A stretch of 64,000 bases of DNA, taken from NCBI RefSeq assembly GCF_009914755.1, contig NC_060947.1, one strand, 5' to 3'. Below are positions 47,625 through 63,454 of this stretch, piece after piece. Position 1 is the stretch's first letter, and each line of letters begins with the position of its first letter. The notes beneath the pieces were generated by a model, which was not told where the DNA came from, did no database searches, and worked only from the letters and a program-made list of their open reading frames with translations. A program made the position numbers and the translations under genes. This DNA is from the human T2T-CHM13v2.0 reference genome, Homo sapiens.

Positions 47625-48268
47625 TGAAACTCCTGACCTCTGGTGATCCAACTGCCTTGGCCTCCCAAAGTGCTGGAATTACAGGCGTGAGCCACCGCAC
47701 CTGGCCTCATCTAAAATATTTTTTAAAAACTTAGACATTGCCTTTTTTATCTCTAGAAGTTTATCTTTTTAAATATCTCCTGTATCTCTACTTAACATGC
47801 TCAATTTTTCCTCCACCATCTGGAATGTGGTTATAATAACCATTTATTATCCTTGTCTATTAACTTTATCACCTATGTCATCTCTGGTCAGTTCCTATTG
47901 ATTTTTCTCCTCATGGTGGATTACATTTTCCTGCTTCTTTGCTTGCCTGTTAATTTTCTATTGGAGGCCAGACATTAAAAATTTTACCTTGTTAGGTGCT
48001 GGGTATTTCTGTACTACTGTAAATATGTGTAAGCTTTGTTCTGGGAAGTTAAGTTATTTGGAAACAGTTTGACCTTTTTAAATGCTTGCTTTTAAGCTCT
48101 TGTTTGTTTAGTTGATTTTTAAGCCAGGATCAAAAAGTAGCCTTTTAATCTAGGACTAGATTTGTTGCTCTACTGGGGAAGTATTCTACCCAGTGTTTTA
48201 TGAAGTTTTCCCACCCACAATCAGGCTGGTGGGAACACAAACTATTCTGGTCCCTGTGTGATCTTTGA

Positions 48269-48622
<354 letters not shown>

Positions 48623-49044
48623 TGACCAATCCCCAGCTGAAGACTTAAGAGACATCCTCTGCAGATCTCCAGAGCTTTCTCTCTGTGCAGCTATCTTTTC
48701 TCCAGTTTTCTGTCCAGTGAACTTTAGCTACCTTGGCCTCCTAGTCTTCCAAGTCTTTCTTCTTAGCTCAGAGAGACTGCTAGGCTCTGCCTATGTTCCT
48801 CCTCTCTGCACTGTGGCCTAGAAACTTTCTCCAGGCAGTATGCTAGGGCACTCATACGACTCATCTTGTGCTGGACACGGTGGCTCACACCTGTAATCCC
48901 AGCACTTTGGGAGGCCGAGGCAGGTGGATCACCTGAGGTCAGGAGTTCGAGACCAGCCTGGCCAACATGGTGAAACCCTATCTCTACTAAAAATACAAAA
49001 ATTAGCCAGGCATGGTTGTGCACGCCTGTGATCCTAGCTACTCA

Positions 49045-49179
<135 letters not shown>

Positions 49180-49596
49180 TCATCTAGTTTGTTTCTCTCC
49201 TTTCTTTTGTCACTATCATATGCCGCCTGATGTCCAGTGTCTGGAAACCATTGTTTTATATAGTCTGTCCCTTTTGTTGCTATTGTTTTAGGCAGTAGGG
49301 TGAATTACTCAATCTTGGCCAAATGTAGAAGTCCCTCTGCCTCTTTGTGATACTGGGGTTTAAGATGTCAGAGGTCAGGTTTTTCTGGTCAGTGAGAGTG
49401 TGGCCCTGAGAGAGGGGGCTGAAATGGAATAGAAAATAAAGTTCCTGGAGTGAAGGCAGAATAAGAAATGTAAGGCTAGGCTGGGCGCGGTGGCTCATGC
49501 CTGTAATCCTGGCACTTTGGGAGACCGAGGCAGGCGGATCACCCGAGACTGAGAGTTCGAGACCAGCCTGACCAACATGGAGAAACCCCGTCTCTA

Positions 49597-49758
<162 letters not shown>

Positions 49759-49960
49759 TCAAAAAAAAAAAAAAAATGTAAGCCTAAATTGTTAAGTGAG
49801 TCATTCATGGGGATGCTCAACAGGCAAACTAAGTGGGAACAGAGCTGGTATTACAGACAGAGGGATGAGGATGGCAAAGGGCCTGGAGGAATAAATTAGC
49901 AGTAGCATCAGAGAATTACAAAATATTTCTTATAGCTGGAATATAAAGTACGTAAGAAGC

Positions 49961-50442
49961 TGCTATGGTTTGAATGCGTCCCTTCTAAAATTCAGTTGTT
50001 GCCTTTATGATAATATCAAGAGATGGGTCTTTTAAGAGGTGATTAGGCCATGAAGGCCTCTCCCTCATGAACAGGATTAAGGCCTTCAGAAAGGAGAAAA
50101 GAGGCTTTTTAAAAACTCTTTTCCCTCCTCCTCCACCCCCTCCACTTTCCCCTCCTACTTGTTCCAAAAATAAATAAATAAATAAAAATTTGCCCATAAA
50201 AGTTTCTGGATGGGAAAAAAAGAGGCTTCACAGAGCATTCAGTTTGCTTGCCCTGCCACCTCTGTCTTGTGAGGACACAGAATTATTTTCCTTCAGAGGA
50301 GGCAGCCCTCACCAACAAACTAACATGCTGGCTCCTTGATCTTGGACTTCCCAGCCTTCAGAACTGTAAGAATACAAATTCCTGTTCTTTAAAAATTACC
50401 CAATTTCAGGTATTCCGTTATAGCAGCACAAAACAAAGACAG
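49961..50442 (+). mobile_element. MaLR LTR (MSTC/D-like)
   Basis: tgctatggtttgaatg...ttggacttcccagccttcagaactgtaaga...ttatagcagcac. Confidence 0.75.
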
Positions 50443-50484
50443 AAATCATGTCAGGAAATGAAATAGACAGGTGACTATATTTGA

Positions 50485-50664
<180 letters not shown>

Positions 50665-50710
50665 TGAGAAAGTCAAGAAATTGACAAATTATACTACAAA
50701 GCTATGGTAA

Positions 50711-51037
<327 letters not shown>

Positions 51038-51152
51038 TGATCTGCCTGCCTCGGCCTCCCAAAGGACTGGGATTATAGGCGTGAGCCACCAAGCTGGGTT
51101 TTTTTGTTGTTGTTGTTGTTGTTGTTGTTTTTTTTTTTTTTTTTTTTTTTTT

Positions 51153-51251
51153 AGATTAGTCAAGTGAAGCAGTGAGAGTGGAGAAGGAACAAAGAAATCT
51201 GTAGCTGGTTGTGATCAATTAGTTGTAAACACCACTGCACTCCGATCAGCC
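51153..51251 (-). pseudogene. Y3 RNA (RNY3) retrocopy with A/CAA tail at 51099-51152
   Basis: Reverse complement GGCTGATCGGAGTGCAGTGGTGTTTACAACTAATTGATCACAACCAGCTACAGATTTCTTTGTTCCTTCTCCACTCTCACTGCTTCACTTGACTA, near-identical to recalled hY3. Confidence 0.93.
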
Positions 51252-51635
51252 AGCCCATCTTTTTCATAGGCAGAATGCGACAGAAGAAGCCTGGAGCAGG
51301 CTGTGGGGAAGCGGGAGCCTCGGGAGAGAGCCCAATCCAGTTAAGGCAGGAGGTAGAAGGGAAAGTTCAGTGAAGAAAGCCAGGATGTACGGGAGTTTGT
51401 TTCTCACTGAGCAGGGGTTCCAGTGGTTATAGTGGAAAGGGCTCCAAGAAAAGCAAACAGTGGGAAAAACAGGTTCAGGTGTGTGTGGAGGAAAGGGAAG
51501 CATCTGGGGCTCTGACATTAGTTCTGACCTCTTTTCCAATCTTGTGAAGGTGGCAGCACCTCCTGTATTGTCATTATTTCTTTAACGGCATTCTTTTTAA
51601 ACTGTTTAATTCAAACCTATATTTGTAGTTTCTAA

Positions 51636-51985
<350 letters not shown>

Positions 51986-52202
51986 TGATCCGACCGCCTC
52001 GGCCTCCCAAAGTGCTGGGATTACAGGCGTGAGCCACCGCGCCCGGCCTCTAACAACATTCTTTAAAAATATACATTTTACACTTCCTGCACCTCAGCAA
52101 AGGTGGCAATGTAATCAACACACTGGCTTATTTTGTTCTCCTCACTATTAGACGCATGTCCCCAAACTACCTGTTATAAGCCCTGTTTTTTTTCTGGACT
52201 TC

Positions 52203-52331
52203 TCAAGGGCTTTGCCCATCGTTCTTTCCCCGGCATCTGGAACAGTACCACTTGCGCTTTGGTTTATGGTTGAGACTCACACACGAGAAGCGGAACCACT
52301 CGATGGGGCATTCGTTGTCGCAGCGGATCAT
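52203..52331 (-). CDS. INGX: 42-aa INGX small ORF (half PHD finger); translation unproven
   Basis: ATG at 52331 to TGA at 52203: [42 protein letters not shown]. Confidence 0.5.
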   Translation of the reverse strand: MIRCDNECPIEWFRFSCVSLNHKPKRKWYCSRCRGKNDGQSP

Positions 52332-53060
52332 CTCCCAGTAGGAGGGCTCGCTGGGGTCGATGGGGAGGTCTGCGGGGGACGCCTGCCGCTACGCCTTGGC
52401 CATGGAGCTCTGCTTCTTCTTAGAGGTCTGGGCTTTCTTCTCCTTGGGCGTGCCCGAGGTGACGTCGTCGTGGTCGCGGTTGCTGGACGCGTTCTCACGG
52501 TTCTAGTTGTTGCGCTGCCGCCGAGAACGCTTTGCTGTTGGACTTCTCCGCCTGCGCGTCCGCCTCGCCCCTGGGCCTGTCCGGGCCGACCTTGCCGCCG
52601 TCGCGCTGCGTCGCCCTGCTCCTGCTGCGGGTGGAACGGCTCCACGTGGCTGTCTACCTGCCGCGTGAGGCTCTCCACCAGCTCCACCCTCTGGCTCTTG
52701 ATCTGGATCTTCTGATCGCCCGGCTCCTAGCTGCGGATCAGGGCCCGCTGGGCGCAGGGTGGCACCCGCGGCTTCTGCGCGCAGTCCGTGTCGCGGCGGA
52801 CCTTCTCATAGCACTTGTCCAGGTCCTTCAGGGTCTCCTCCAGGAAAGTCTCCGTGCCGCAAGCCCGGCTAACTCACGCCTCCCCAGCCATGTGCGGCCG
52901 CACCCTCCGGTCTGCAGAGGTGTGGCATGTGACGGTCTGCGAGCCGGTGTCGCGGGACGCCGGGGCGGGGCGGGCCGCCCAAGCTGCAGCCCAGGCCCCC
53001 AGCCCCCAGCCCTAGCCTCGGCCCGGCCTCCGGCATTGCTCCGCGGCTGGAAGCGCAATG
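52290..53060. promoter_or_regulatory. CpG island over INGX with GC boxes
   Basis: Visibly high GC and CpG density; ggggcggggcggg at 52961-52974. Confidence 0.8.
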
Positions 53061-53142
53061 CCCTTCTCACTGTGCTCCACTGCAAGTATTTTTACTTTCA
53101 TTTTAACTTTTTTTTTTTTTTTGACAGAGTCTCACTCTGTAG

Positions 53143-53277
<135 letters not shown>

Positions 53278-54117
53278 TAGTAGAGACAGGGTTTCACTAT
53301 ATTGGCCAGGCTGGTCTCGAACTCCTGACCTCGTGATCCGCCCGCCTCGGACTTCCAAAGTGCTAGGATTACAGGCGTGAGCTAACTCTTACTTTGTTTT
53401 CTGCTTAAAACTCACGTGATCTGATTGGCATGTCTCCAAGCAAACACGCTCTAGCCCTTATGAAATGTGCTCTCTGTAGCTAAAACCTTGTTACAATGTC
53501 TTAAGTCATGGCCCAAAAGGCCAGATTGTTTTCTCAGACACTGTCAAATAGCTCTGCATTCACTGCTGTTGTATCTTTCCTGCTCTTCCAGAATCTCTGC
53601 TTTCAGTTGGAAGAAGTAGAAATGTCGCAAGGTTTTCAGCTTTTGCCCAGGCGTTGTTCTGTAGAAGCGCTTTGCTGGTTACTTGTGGAAGTGCTTTTCA
53701 ACCCTGTGTAAGGCACTAGAGGTCAGAAAGTTTGGTAAATTCTGTGACATACTCCAGATTCATAGTTAAGAAAAACAGCACCTCCACCGGGAGCAGTGGC
53801 TCATGCCTGTAATCCTAACACTTTAGGAGGCAGAGGTGGGAGGATCTCTGGAAACTAGGAGCTGGAGACCAGCCTGGGCAACACAGGGAGACCTCCACCT
53901 CCACCCCCATCTCTGCAAAAAATTTTAAACATTAGTTAGGCTTGGTGATTCTCCCCTGTAGTCCCAGCTATTTGAGAGCCCAGGAATTTGAGGCCTCAGT
54001 AAGCTACAATTGTGCCACTGCACTCCAGCCTGGGTGACAAAGCAAGACCCTGTCTCAAAACAAACAAATTTTAGCATTATATGCCCACCGTTTTGCACCT
54101 TGCTTCTTCCACTTGAG

Positions 54118-54660
<543 letters not shown>

Positions 54661-54741
54661 AAAGGGTATATCCTGGAAGTATATCTTTCCAAGTGAGTCT
54701 ACTATATAGAGCTACTCATTGTTTTTGTGACTGCATAGTAT

Positions 54742-55169
54742 TGTGTCCAGAGTTGGTTCCTGCCGGTGGGTTCTTGGTCTCACCAACTTCAAGAATGAAG
54801 CCGCGGACTTTCACGGTGAGTGTTACAGCTCTTAAAGGTGGCATGGGCCCAAACAGTGAGCAGCAGCAAGATTTATTGTGAAGAGTGAAAGAACAAAGCT
54901 TCCACTGCATGGAAGGGGACCTGAGCGGGTTACTGCCGCTGGCTGGGGTGGCCAGCTTTTATTCCCTTATTTGGCCCTGCCCACGTCCTGCTGATTGGTC
55001 CATTTTACAGAGTGCTGATTGGTCCATTTTACACAGTGCTGATTGGTGCATTTACAATCCTTTAGCTACACACAGAGCACTGATTGGTGCATTTACAATC
55101 CTCTAGCTAGACAGAAAAGTTCTCCAAGTCCCCACTCGACCCAGGGAGTCCAGCTGGCTTCACCTCTCA
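54742..55169 (-). promoter_or_regulatory. 3' LTR (LTR12 family)
   Basis: Homologous to 62003-62599 but with 4 CCAAT units; PPT (agagtgggga on -) at ~55171-55180. Confidence 0.93.
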
Positions 55170-55274
55170 ATCCCCACTCTAAACAGGACACCCCAACTGC
55201 TGTTGGGAATTGGGCAATGACCGCTCTAACTACTTCCTGCTGGATAGAGGCAAAGAAGGGGCCCTGCAGTTGTA

Positions 55275-55940
55275 GTGTCCTCTTTAGTGAACTCTTTAGG
55301 CCAAAGGGCCAGCAGGTTGGTCCAGGGGTCCTCGGTAGAAGTTGTTAGTTGAACTCATTTGGGATTCCATTTGTAAGACCATCTGTAGCTTGATGGCCTC
55401 GATCCTAGAGGAAACAAATTTGACAAGGAGGTTAAAAATACAGGCCCCTAAGGAGAGTAATAGCAAGATGGCTGTCATGGGACCTAGAAAGGGGAGAAGC
55501 CATGTCGCCCAATTCCAGAGGTTGGTATAAGAGTTTGAAAGGCATTGTCTGATTTCAAAAGCCTTTTCCCGTAAACGCCAGGCAGCATCTCATACTATCC
55601 CTGACTGGTTAGTGTAAAAACAACACTCTTCCCCTAAGAAGGTGCAGAGTCCTCCTTTCTCAGCAGTGAGGAGGTCTAGGCCTCGACAGTTTTGGAGAGT
55701 CACTGCTGCCAAAGAGTCTATTTGGGATTGTAGGGTAAGGATAGATTCTGTTATTTCTTGTAAGCTGTCTGAGAAATCCTTTGAGAGTGTGTGGTAGTAG
55801 GATAATGAAGTAGATAATGAAGTACAGCTATTCCAGTTCCTGTAGCAGTGGCCATTTCTAACCCTATAAGTAGGAGTATTGGTTGTATGGCCCTGTGCTG
55901 ATGGACTTGAGCTTTGAGGGGCACTGATAGGGTCTGATTT
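55275..55940 (-). pseudogene. env: HERV9 env remnant (TM subunit only)
   Basis: Immunosuppressive domain LQNCRGLDLLTAEKGGLCTFLGEECCF at ~55617-55697; LLVKFVSSRIEAIKLQ. Confidence 0.9.
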
Positions 55941-56549
55941 CCATAAGATTAGAAGTTAGGATAATACATGTTACACTGTTAACTTTCAGCAAACTTTACT
56001 TTTGTTGAAAACCTTGTAAGTTTGGGATTTTAATTTTTCTTTGCTATTAATAAAACCTCGTTCAGTCCATATTAACTTAGAATTGGTATAGATGGCTCCT
56101 TCCTGATTCTGTAAGTACTTTAAGGTTTGGCTGAGTGCAAACAGCTCACATGTTTGAGCAGACCAATTACTGGGCAATTTTCCTAATTCTGCTTCTACAA
56201 GAGTTTCTTTATCTCTCACTGAATACCCATTGTGTCTTTTTCCCTTAAACACCCAGGAGGAACCATCTATTGTCCTGTCCTGAAGGGAGTTCCTCCTAGA
56301 TCTGGTCGGACCTTTGTGTGGTAATTAATTAAGATTCCCTGTTAGGAAACCTGCTGGGTTAAGGATTTTTGATAGGAAGGCTACGGGTTGTCAGTGGCCT
56401 CAGTGCTTTCGGGCTACACTCTTGTTTACACTGACAGTAAGGTGGTATTGGAGTGTTGTAGGGTCATGGAGAAGACCTTCAATGATCAATTATAGGTTTT
56501 AAATTTACCCTGGCTTTTAAAGGAATAGGGTACACCGTTTTTTCTTTAC

Positions 56550-56910
56550 TACTTCTCTCTCTTTCTCTCTTTCTTTCTCTTTGACTTTCTGTCTCTTTCT
56601 CTCTCTTTGACTCTTTCTTTGTCTCTGTCTCTTCCTCTCTCTCTCTTTGACTGCCTCTTTGTCTGTCTCTTCCTCTGCCTGCCTCTCTCTTTGACTCCTT
56701 CTTTGTCGGTCTCTTCCTCTCTTTCCTTCTCTCTTTGACTTTCTGTCTCTCTCTCTCTTCCTCTCTCTGACTTGCTCTTTGTCTCTCTGTCTCTTCCTCT
56801 CTCTCTTTCTTTCTCGCTCTCTTTCTCTCTGACTTTCTGTCTCTTTCTCTCTTTCTCTTTGACTTGCTGTCTCTCTTTCTTTCTCTGTCTCTCTCTTTCT
56901 GTCTCTCCCC
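56550..56910. repeat. CT/GA-rich degenerate microsatellite inside the provirus
   Basis: Repeated ctctct...ttgact units, almost purely pyrimidine on the + strand. Confidence 0.9.
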
Positions 56911-56931
56911 CCCAACCCTTTGACTTTCGCT

Positions 56932-59099
56932 TCAGCAGTGTAAGACTGCCACCTCCTTGGGTTTTTGCACTGTGTGCAATAACTCCATGATTTCCTTGTG
57001 ATATTTAATGGGGGTTCCTTCAGAGGTTAGGAACTCCCTTTCTTTCCATATTGCAGCATGGGAATGTAGGATTAGATAAGCATACTTGCTATCTGTATAC
57101 ACATTTATTCTTTTTCCCTTTCCCAGTTCTAAGGCTCGGGTAAGTGCCACTAGTTCTGCTAACTGGGTGCTGGTCCCTGGGGGAAGAGGCTTACTTTCAA
57201 GTACTGTTAACATCACTAACTATGGCATAACCTGCCTTTCATATCCCATTCTCCACAAATGAACTTCCATCGGTATATAGGTTAAGGTCAGGATTAGCTA
57301 AGGGGACTTCTAAGAGATCCTCTCGGGTGGCATAAGTCTGGACTATAATTTATTGGCAGTCATGCTCGATTAGTTCTCCATCCTCTGGGAGAAAAGTGGC
57401 AGGGTTTAGGGCCACACATGTGAGTATTTGAAGCACCGGTCCCTCAAGAAGTAGCACCTGGTATCTGAGCAGGTGGTTGTCTGACAGCCATAAACTTCCT
57501 TTGGCACCTAGTATGCCATTTACATCATGAGTAATCCAGATGGTGAGATCCTTTCCTTGTATTATTTTGATAGCCTCTGACACTAAGATGGCCACCACCG
57601 CTACTACCCATAAACAGTGAGGCCAGCCTTTTGCTACTATATCAATTTCCTTACTTACGTATGCCACTGGTTGTGGGGTTGTCCCACGAGTTTGAGTAAG
57701 GACTCCAAGAGCTATTCCTGCTCTCTCTGTGACGTATAAAGAGAAGTTTTGTCCTGTGGGAAGGCTTAAGGATGGAGCTTCTACTAGGGCCTGCTTTAAG
57801 GTTTTGAAGGCTGTTTCTGCCTCTGGTTCCCATTCTACTAGATGAGTATTTGCCTTCTGGGTCTCCTTGATTAGAGTATAGAGTGGTCTGGCCATCTCGC
57901 TGTATCCAGGGATCCATAGTCAGCAAAAGCCAGTGATTCCAAGGAACCCCACAACTGTTTTAATGTCCTAGGGTGAGGATAAGCCAGTATAGGCTGTATT
58001 CATTCCTTGCTGATGGCCCTGGTTCCTCTGGCTAAGATTAGGCCTAGATATTTGACTTGTTGTAGGCAGAGCTGGGCCTTCGATTTAGAGACCTTGTACC
58101 CTTGATTAGCTAGAAAGTTCAAGAGATCTAGAGTAGCCTGCTGGCATGACGCTTCCGAACTGGTAGCCAAAAGTAAATCATCCACATACTGAAGGACCAG
58201 AGTGCCTGGACTTGAGAAGTGGCCTAGACCTTGCGCCAGTGCCTGACCAAACAGATAAGGTCTATCCCTAAACCCTTGGGGCAAGACCGTCACATAAGTT
58301 GGGATGTGTGGTCTGTGGGATCCTCAAAGGCAAAGAGAAACTGGAAGTCAGAATGCAGGGGAATACAGAAGAAGGCATCCTTGAGGTCCAGAACCATGAA
58401 CCATTCTGCTTCCTCTGGTATTTGAGAGAGCAGGGTATAGGGGTTGGGTACAACTGGATATAGAGGAATTACTGCCTCATTGATGAATCTAAGATCTTGC
58501 ACTAGTCTCTACTGACCATTCAGCTTTTGTACTCCTAGAATTGGGGTGTTGCAGGGACTGCTGCATTTTCTTACTAAGCCTTAAGCTTTTAAATGTCTAA
58601 CAATATCCTGTAATCCTTTATGAGATACAGGCCTTAAGGGATATTGCCTTTGATAAGGAAAAGTGGTGGGGTCTTTTAGCCTGATTTGGACTGGGTGGGC
58701 ATTTTTTGCCCTTCCGAATTGTCCTTCCGATGCCCAGACTTCAGGGTTGATTCTCTCCTCAAGCAGGGGACAACAAATGGATAACTTGTTCCCCATATTC
58801 ATGTAGATAATACCTCCAGCTTTGGCTAATATGTCCCTCCCTAATAAGGGTGTGGGACTTTCAGGCATAATGAGAAAGGAGTGTGAAAAGAGCAAAGTCT
58901 CCCAATTACAACTGAGGAGGTGGGAGAAATACCTGGTTACAGGCTGTCCCAGGATACCTCGGATGGTAATGGACCTTGAGGACAGCTGTCTGGGACAGGA
59001 GATTAATACTGAGAAAGCCACGCCAGTGTCCAGGAGGAAGTCAATTTCCTGGCCCTCAATAGTTAAACATACCCGGGGCTCAGTGAGGGTGATGACATG
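56932..59099 (-). pseudogene. pol: HERV9 pro-pol remnant (protease, RT, RNase H); integrase missing
   Basis: FLLDTGVAFS; LDLKDAFF, LPQGFRD, YVDDLLL; AELVALTRAL...YTDSKY; multiple stops and frameshifts. Confidence 0.93.
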
Positions 59100-60570
59100 A
59101 GCTGGCGTTTGCCCCAGGCACCCTCAGTCCTTTTGCTGGATCATCTGGTTGGGGGCTTCTGGCCCAGAGAAACTTTGCACCTTCCAGTGATTGGCTAGGC
59201 ATAGTGGACATGGGCGAGGGGGCAGCTTGTTTCTCGTTGGACAATCTTTTTTAAAGTGTCCTTGTACACCACACTGATAACAAGCCCTACCGGGTGATTG
59301 GCCTGCTCCATTTTCTGTCCTCTGAACCACCCAGGTTTGTTTGTCTGAGGGCCATGACTAAGGCTGTGGCCTTTCTCCGATCTTGCTTTTCCTTTTCGGC
59401 CTGTTCCTCTTGGTCCCTATTATAGAACACCAAGGTTGCCAGGTTTAATAATGCCTCCAGATTTTGTTCAGGGCCCAGGGCTCACTTTTGGAGCTTTCTC
59501 CTGATATCTGCAGCTGATTGGGTAATAAACTTATCTTTTAGGATCAATTGACCCTCGAGGGAGTCAGGTGACAGGGGAGTATATTTTCTTAAGGCCTCCC
59601 ATAGCCACTCAAGGAAGGCAGAAGGATTTTCTTCCTTTCCCTGAGTTATGGTGGAAATCATTGAATAATTCATGGGCTTTTTCCTAATTCTCTTTAGTCC
59701 TTCTAGAACGCAGGTCAGCATATGTTTATGACTCCAGTCCCCATGATCTGAGTCTAGGTCCCAGTGGGGATCCATACTGGGGACGGCTTGCTGACTGGTA
59801 GGGAATTTGTCCCTTTCTTCGGCTGTCATTCTATCATTCACTTGACTAAGATACCAGGTATCTCCAAGCTCTCGGGCTGCAGCTAAAGCCACATTCTTTT
59901 CATTAAAGGCCAGGGTTTGATCTAACAATAGCATGACATCTCTCCAAGTGAGATCGAAGGTTTGCCCTAGACCCTGTAGGACATCTATATACCTATCAGG
60001 ATCATCTGAAAACTTCCCCAGGTCTGCCTTGATCTGCTTTAAATCAGAGAGGGAGAAGGGGATATGTACCCGGGTTGGGCAAAATTCCCCTCCTCCTACA
60101 GCTTGAAGGGGACATAACCGATAGCCCGGGGGTTTTTGTGGTCCCTTGGAGATCTCTTTTCTTGTTTCCTTCTGGGTGGGGGAGATTAGAGGAGGCTTAT
60201 CATTAATAGGAAGGGGAGCTGTAGGAAGGCTAGGATATGGAGGTAAGCTGAGAGGTCCTCCTGTGGGATGTAAATTGCAAGCTTTGCATAGTTGTGAATT
60301 CTCCTTCGATGAAAAGAAAGCTTGGACATAAGGTATTTCACTCCATTTGCCTTCCCTCTTACAGAAAAGGTCAAGCTGCAGGATAGTATTGTAATTTATA
60401 CTTCCCTCAGGTGGCCATTTTTCCCCATCAGAGAGAGAATATTGGGGCCAGGCCGTAGTGCAGAAAAAAATAAGCCACTTCTTTTTCAGGGTTTGTGGGT
60501 CAAATTGGTCTCAATGGCTTAGGATGCATTTCAAGGGTGAGCCTGTTGATGCCTGAGTGTTTCCTATCTG
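59100..60570 (-). pseudogene. gag: HERV9 gag remnant
   Basis: CA fragment ([16 protein letters not shown]) and zinc knuckle CYQCGVQGHFKKDC; broken by stops. Confidence 0.9.
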
Positions 60571-60854
60571 AAAGAAAAAACCACCCATGGTTTTGGTTTG
60601 TTTGCTCCCCACCCCCACCCCGCCCCCACCCCCCGCTGGCCCAAGAACCCGCAACGGCCCCTGGACCCTGCTGATTGGAATAGTTGTGCTCACCAACGCA
60701 GCAGCAGAAACCTTAGTTTTCCTCTTAGACCACAAAGAGGACCGACGAAGGTCGGATTTAGTGGACCTTACCGACGCATTCTCAAAAACCTATTAGAGTC
60801 CTAAGCATCCTCCTGTTAGTATTGGGACCTTACCCCTGTCCTATAAAGATGTTA

Positions 60855-61304
<450 letters not shown>

Positions 61305-61981
61305 CTAGCTTCAGGAATAGCTTTTGTTAGGCCTGCTAGTCTGAGGAGGGACCCTAAAATTCCAGATAGTGTCCCCCCACTGACAGGGCTTTAGGCAAAA
61401 AATATGTCTTTCTGATTGCTGAGCCCGGGTGCCTAAAGAAGGGAACAGAGTCCTGAAGTTTATACTAGAAATCATTCTTATAGGAGAAACTAGAAAAGCA
61501 CCAGAGACAGGGAGTGGTTTTTAAAAGCAGGACGAGCCTCGGAGAAGAGAGGCAGGAGGAAGTTTGTCTGATAGGCCTTAGGACCCAGGAGGCAAGAGTC
61601 AGGATAGATAGGATAGATGGGCGAGTCTTGCTTGGGCGACATGACTTTGAGAGTTCCGCTCATGGCTACAGGGTCAACCAACTTTTTGTCGGGACCCTGG
61701 AGCTGAATGGCTTTCCTCTCTGTCGACCCTCGGCTCAGCCTGCAAGTACAGGAAAAGCGGAAGCTGGTTCCAGTAAAACTGACTCTCACAACTCTGAAGA
61801 GTTGGGGGTTGTTACAGAGCCCTTTCCCAGAAAGCCTGACACCCATGTCTTTAGTCCAGCAGCTGCACTATTCGCTTTTAACTGGCCAACAGGTGCCTGG
61901 TAGTTAGCCCCTGAATTCTAAGGAAAAATAGGACAGAATAGCAAGTGAAAGGGGTCCAGTGGTACTCACTGCTTGACAATA

Positions 61982-61999
61982 GTCCCATCTGGGTCGCCA
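61982..61999 (-). other. Primer-binding site for tRNA-Arg
   Basis: TGGCGACCCAGATGGGAC, complementary to the recalled 3' 18 nt of a human tRNA-Arg(CCG); ERV9 uses an Arg primer. Confidence 0.88.
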
Positions 62000-62002
62000 G
62001 GA

Positions 62003-62599
62003 TGTGTCCGGAGTTGGTTCCTTCTGGTGGGTTCTTGGTCTCGCTGACTTCAAGAATGAAGCCATGGACCTTTGCGGTGTTACAGCTCTTAAAGGTAGCA
62101 CGGACCCAAAGAGTAAGCAGCAGCAAGATTTATTGTGAAGAGTGAAAGAACAAAGCTTCCACAGTGTGGAAGGGGACCTGAGCAGGTTGCTGCTACTGGC
62201 TGGGGTGGCCAGCTTTTATCCCCTTATTTGTCCCTGCCCACGTCCTGCTGATTGGTCCATTTTACAGAGTGCTGATTGGTGCATTTACAGTCCTTTAGCT
62301 AGACACACAGTGCTGATTGGTGCATTTTTACAGAGTGCTGATTGGCGCATTTACAATCCTTTAGCTAGACACAGAGCGCTGATTGGTGCGTTTTTACAGA
62401 GTGCTGATTGGTGCATTTACAATCCTTTAGCGAGACACAGAGTGCTGACTGGTGCATTTACAATCCTTTAGCTAGACACAGAGTGCTGATTGGTGCACTT
62501 TACAGAGTGCTGATTGGTGCATTTACAGTCCTTTAGCTGGACAGAAAAGTTCTCCAAGTCCACACTTGACCCAGGAAGTCCAGCTGGCTTCACCTCTCA
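62003..62599 (-). promoter_or_regulatory. 5' LTR (LTR12 family) with tandem CCAAT enhancer repeats
   Basis: 8 intact ctgattgg (CCAATCAG on -) plus one mutated copy; adjacent to the PBS. Confidence 0.93.
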
Positions 62600-62720
62600 G
62601 TATGATACTGCTAGTTGTACCACCGCTTATTGAATCAATGTCATACTGGTGGACTTTTACATTACTTTTAATTTTTTGCTGTTGCAGACTGTTTCAGTAA
62701 ATATTTTTGTATATGTATCA

Positions 62721-63245
<525 letters not shown>

Positions 63246-63361
63246 TCAGGAGGTTGAGGCAGGAGAATTGCTTGAATCTGGGAAGCAGTAGTTGCAGCGA
63301 GCCAAGATCCCGACACTACACTCCAGCTGGGGTGACAGAGTGAGACTGTCTCAAAAAAAAA

Positions 63362-63382
63362 ATATATATATATATATATGTG

Positions 63383-63413
<31 letters not shown>

Positions 63414-63454
63414 ATATATATATATATGTGTATATATATATATATACACACACA
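63362..63454. repeat. (TA)n/(TG)n microsatellite at an Alu tail
   Basis: Read directly from the sequence. Confidence 0.95.

Noticed and set aside
56517-56915. R/E/K-rich ORF
   Set aside because: It is a translation of the GA microsatellite.
62240-62545. CRISPR-like regular repeats
   Set aside because: These are LTR12 U3 tandem enhancer units with no unique spacers, in a eukaryotic context.
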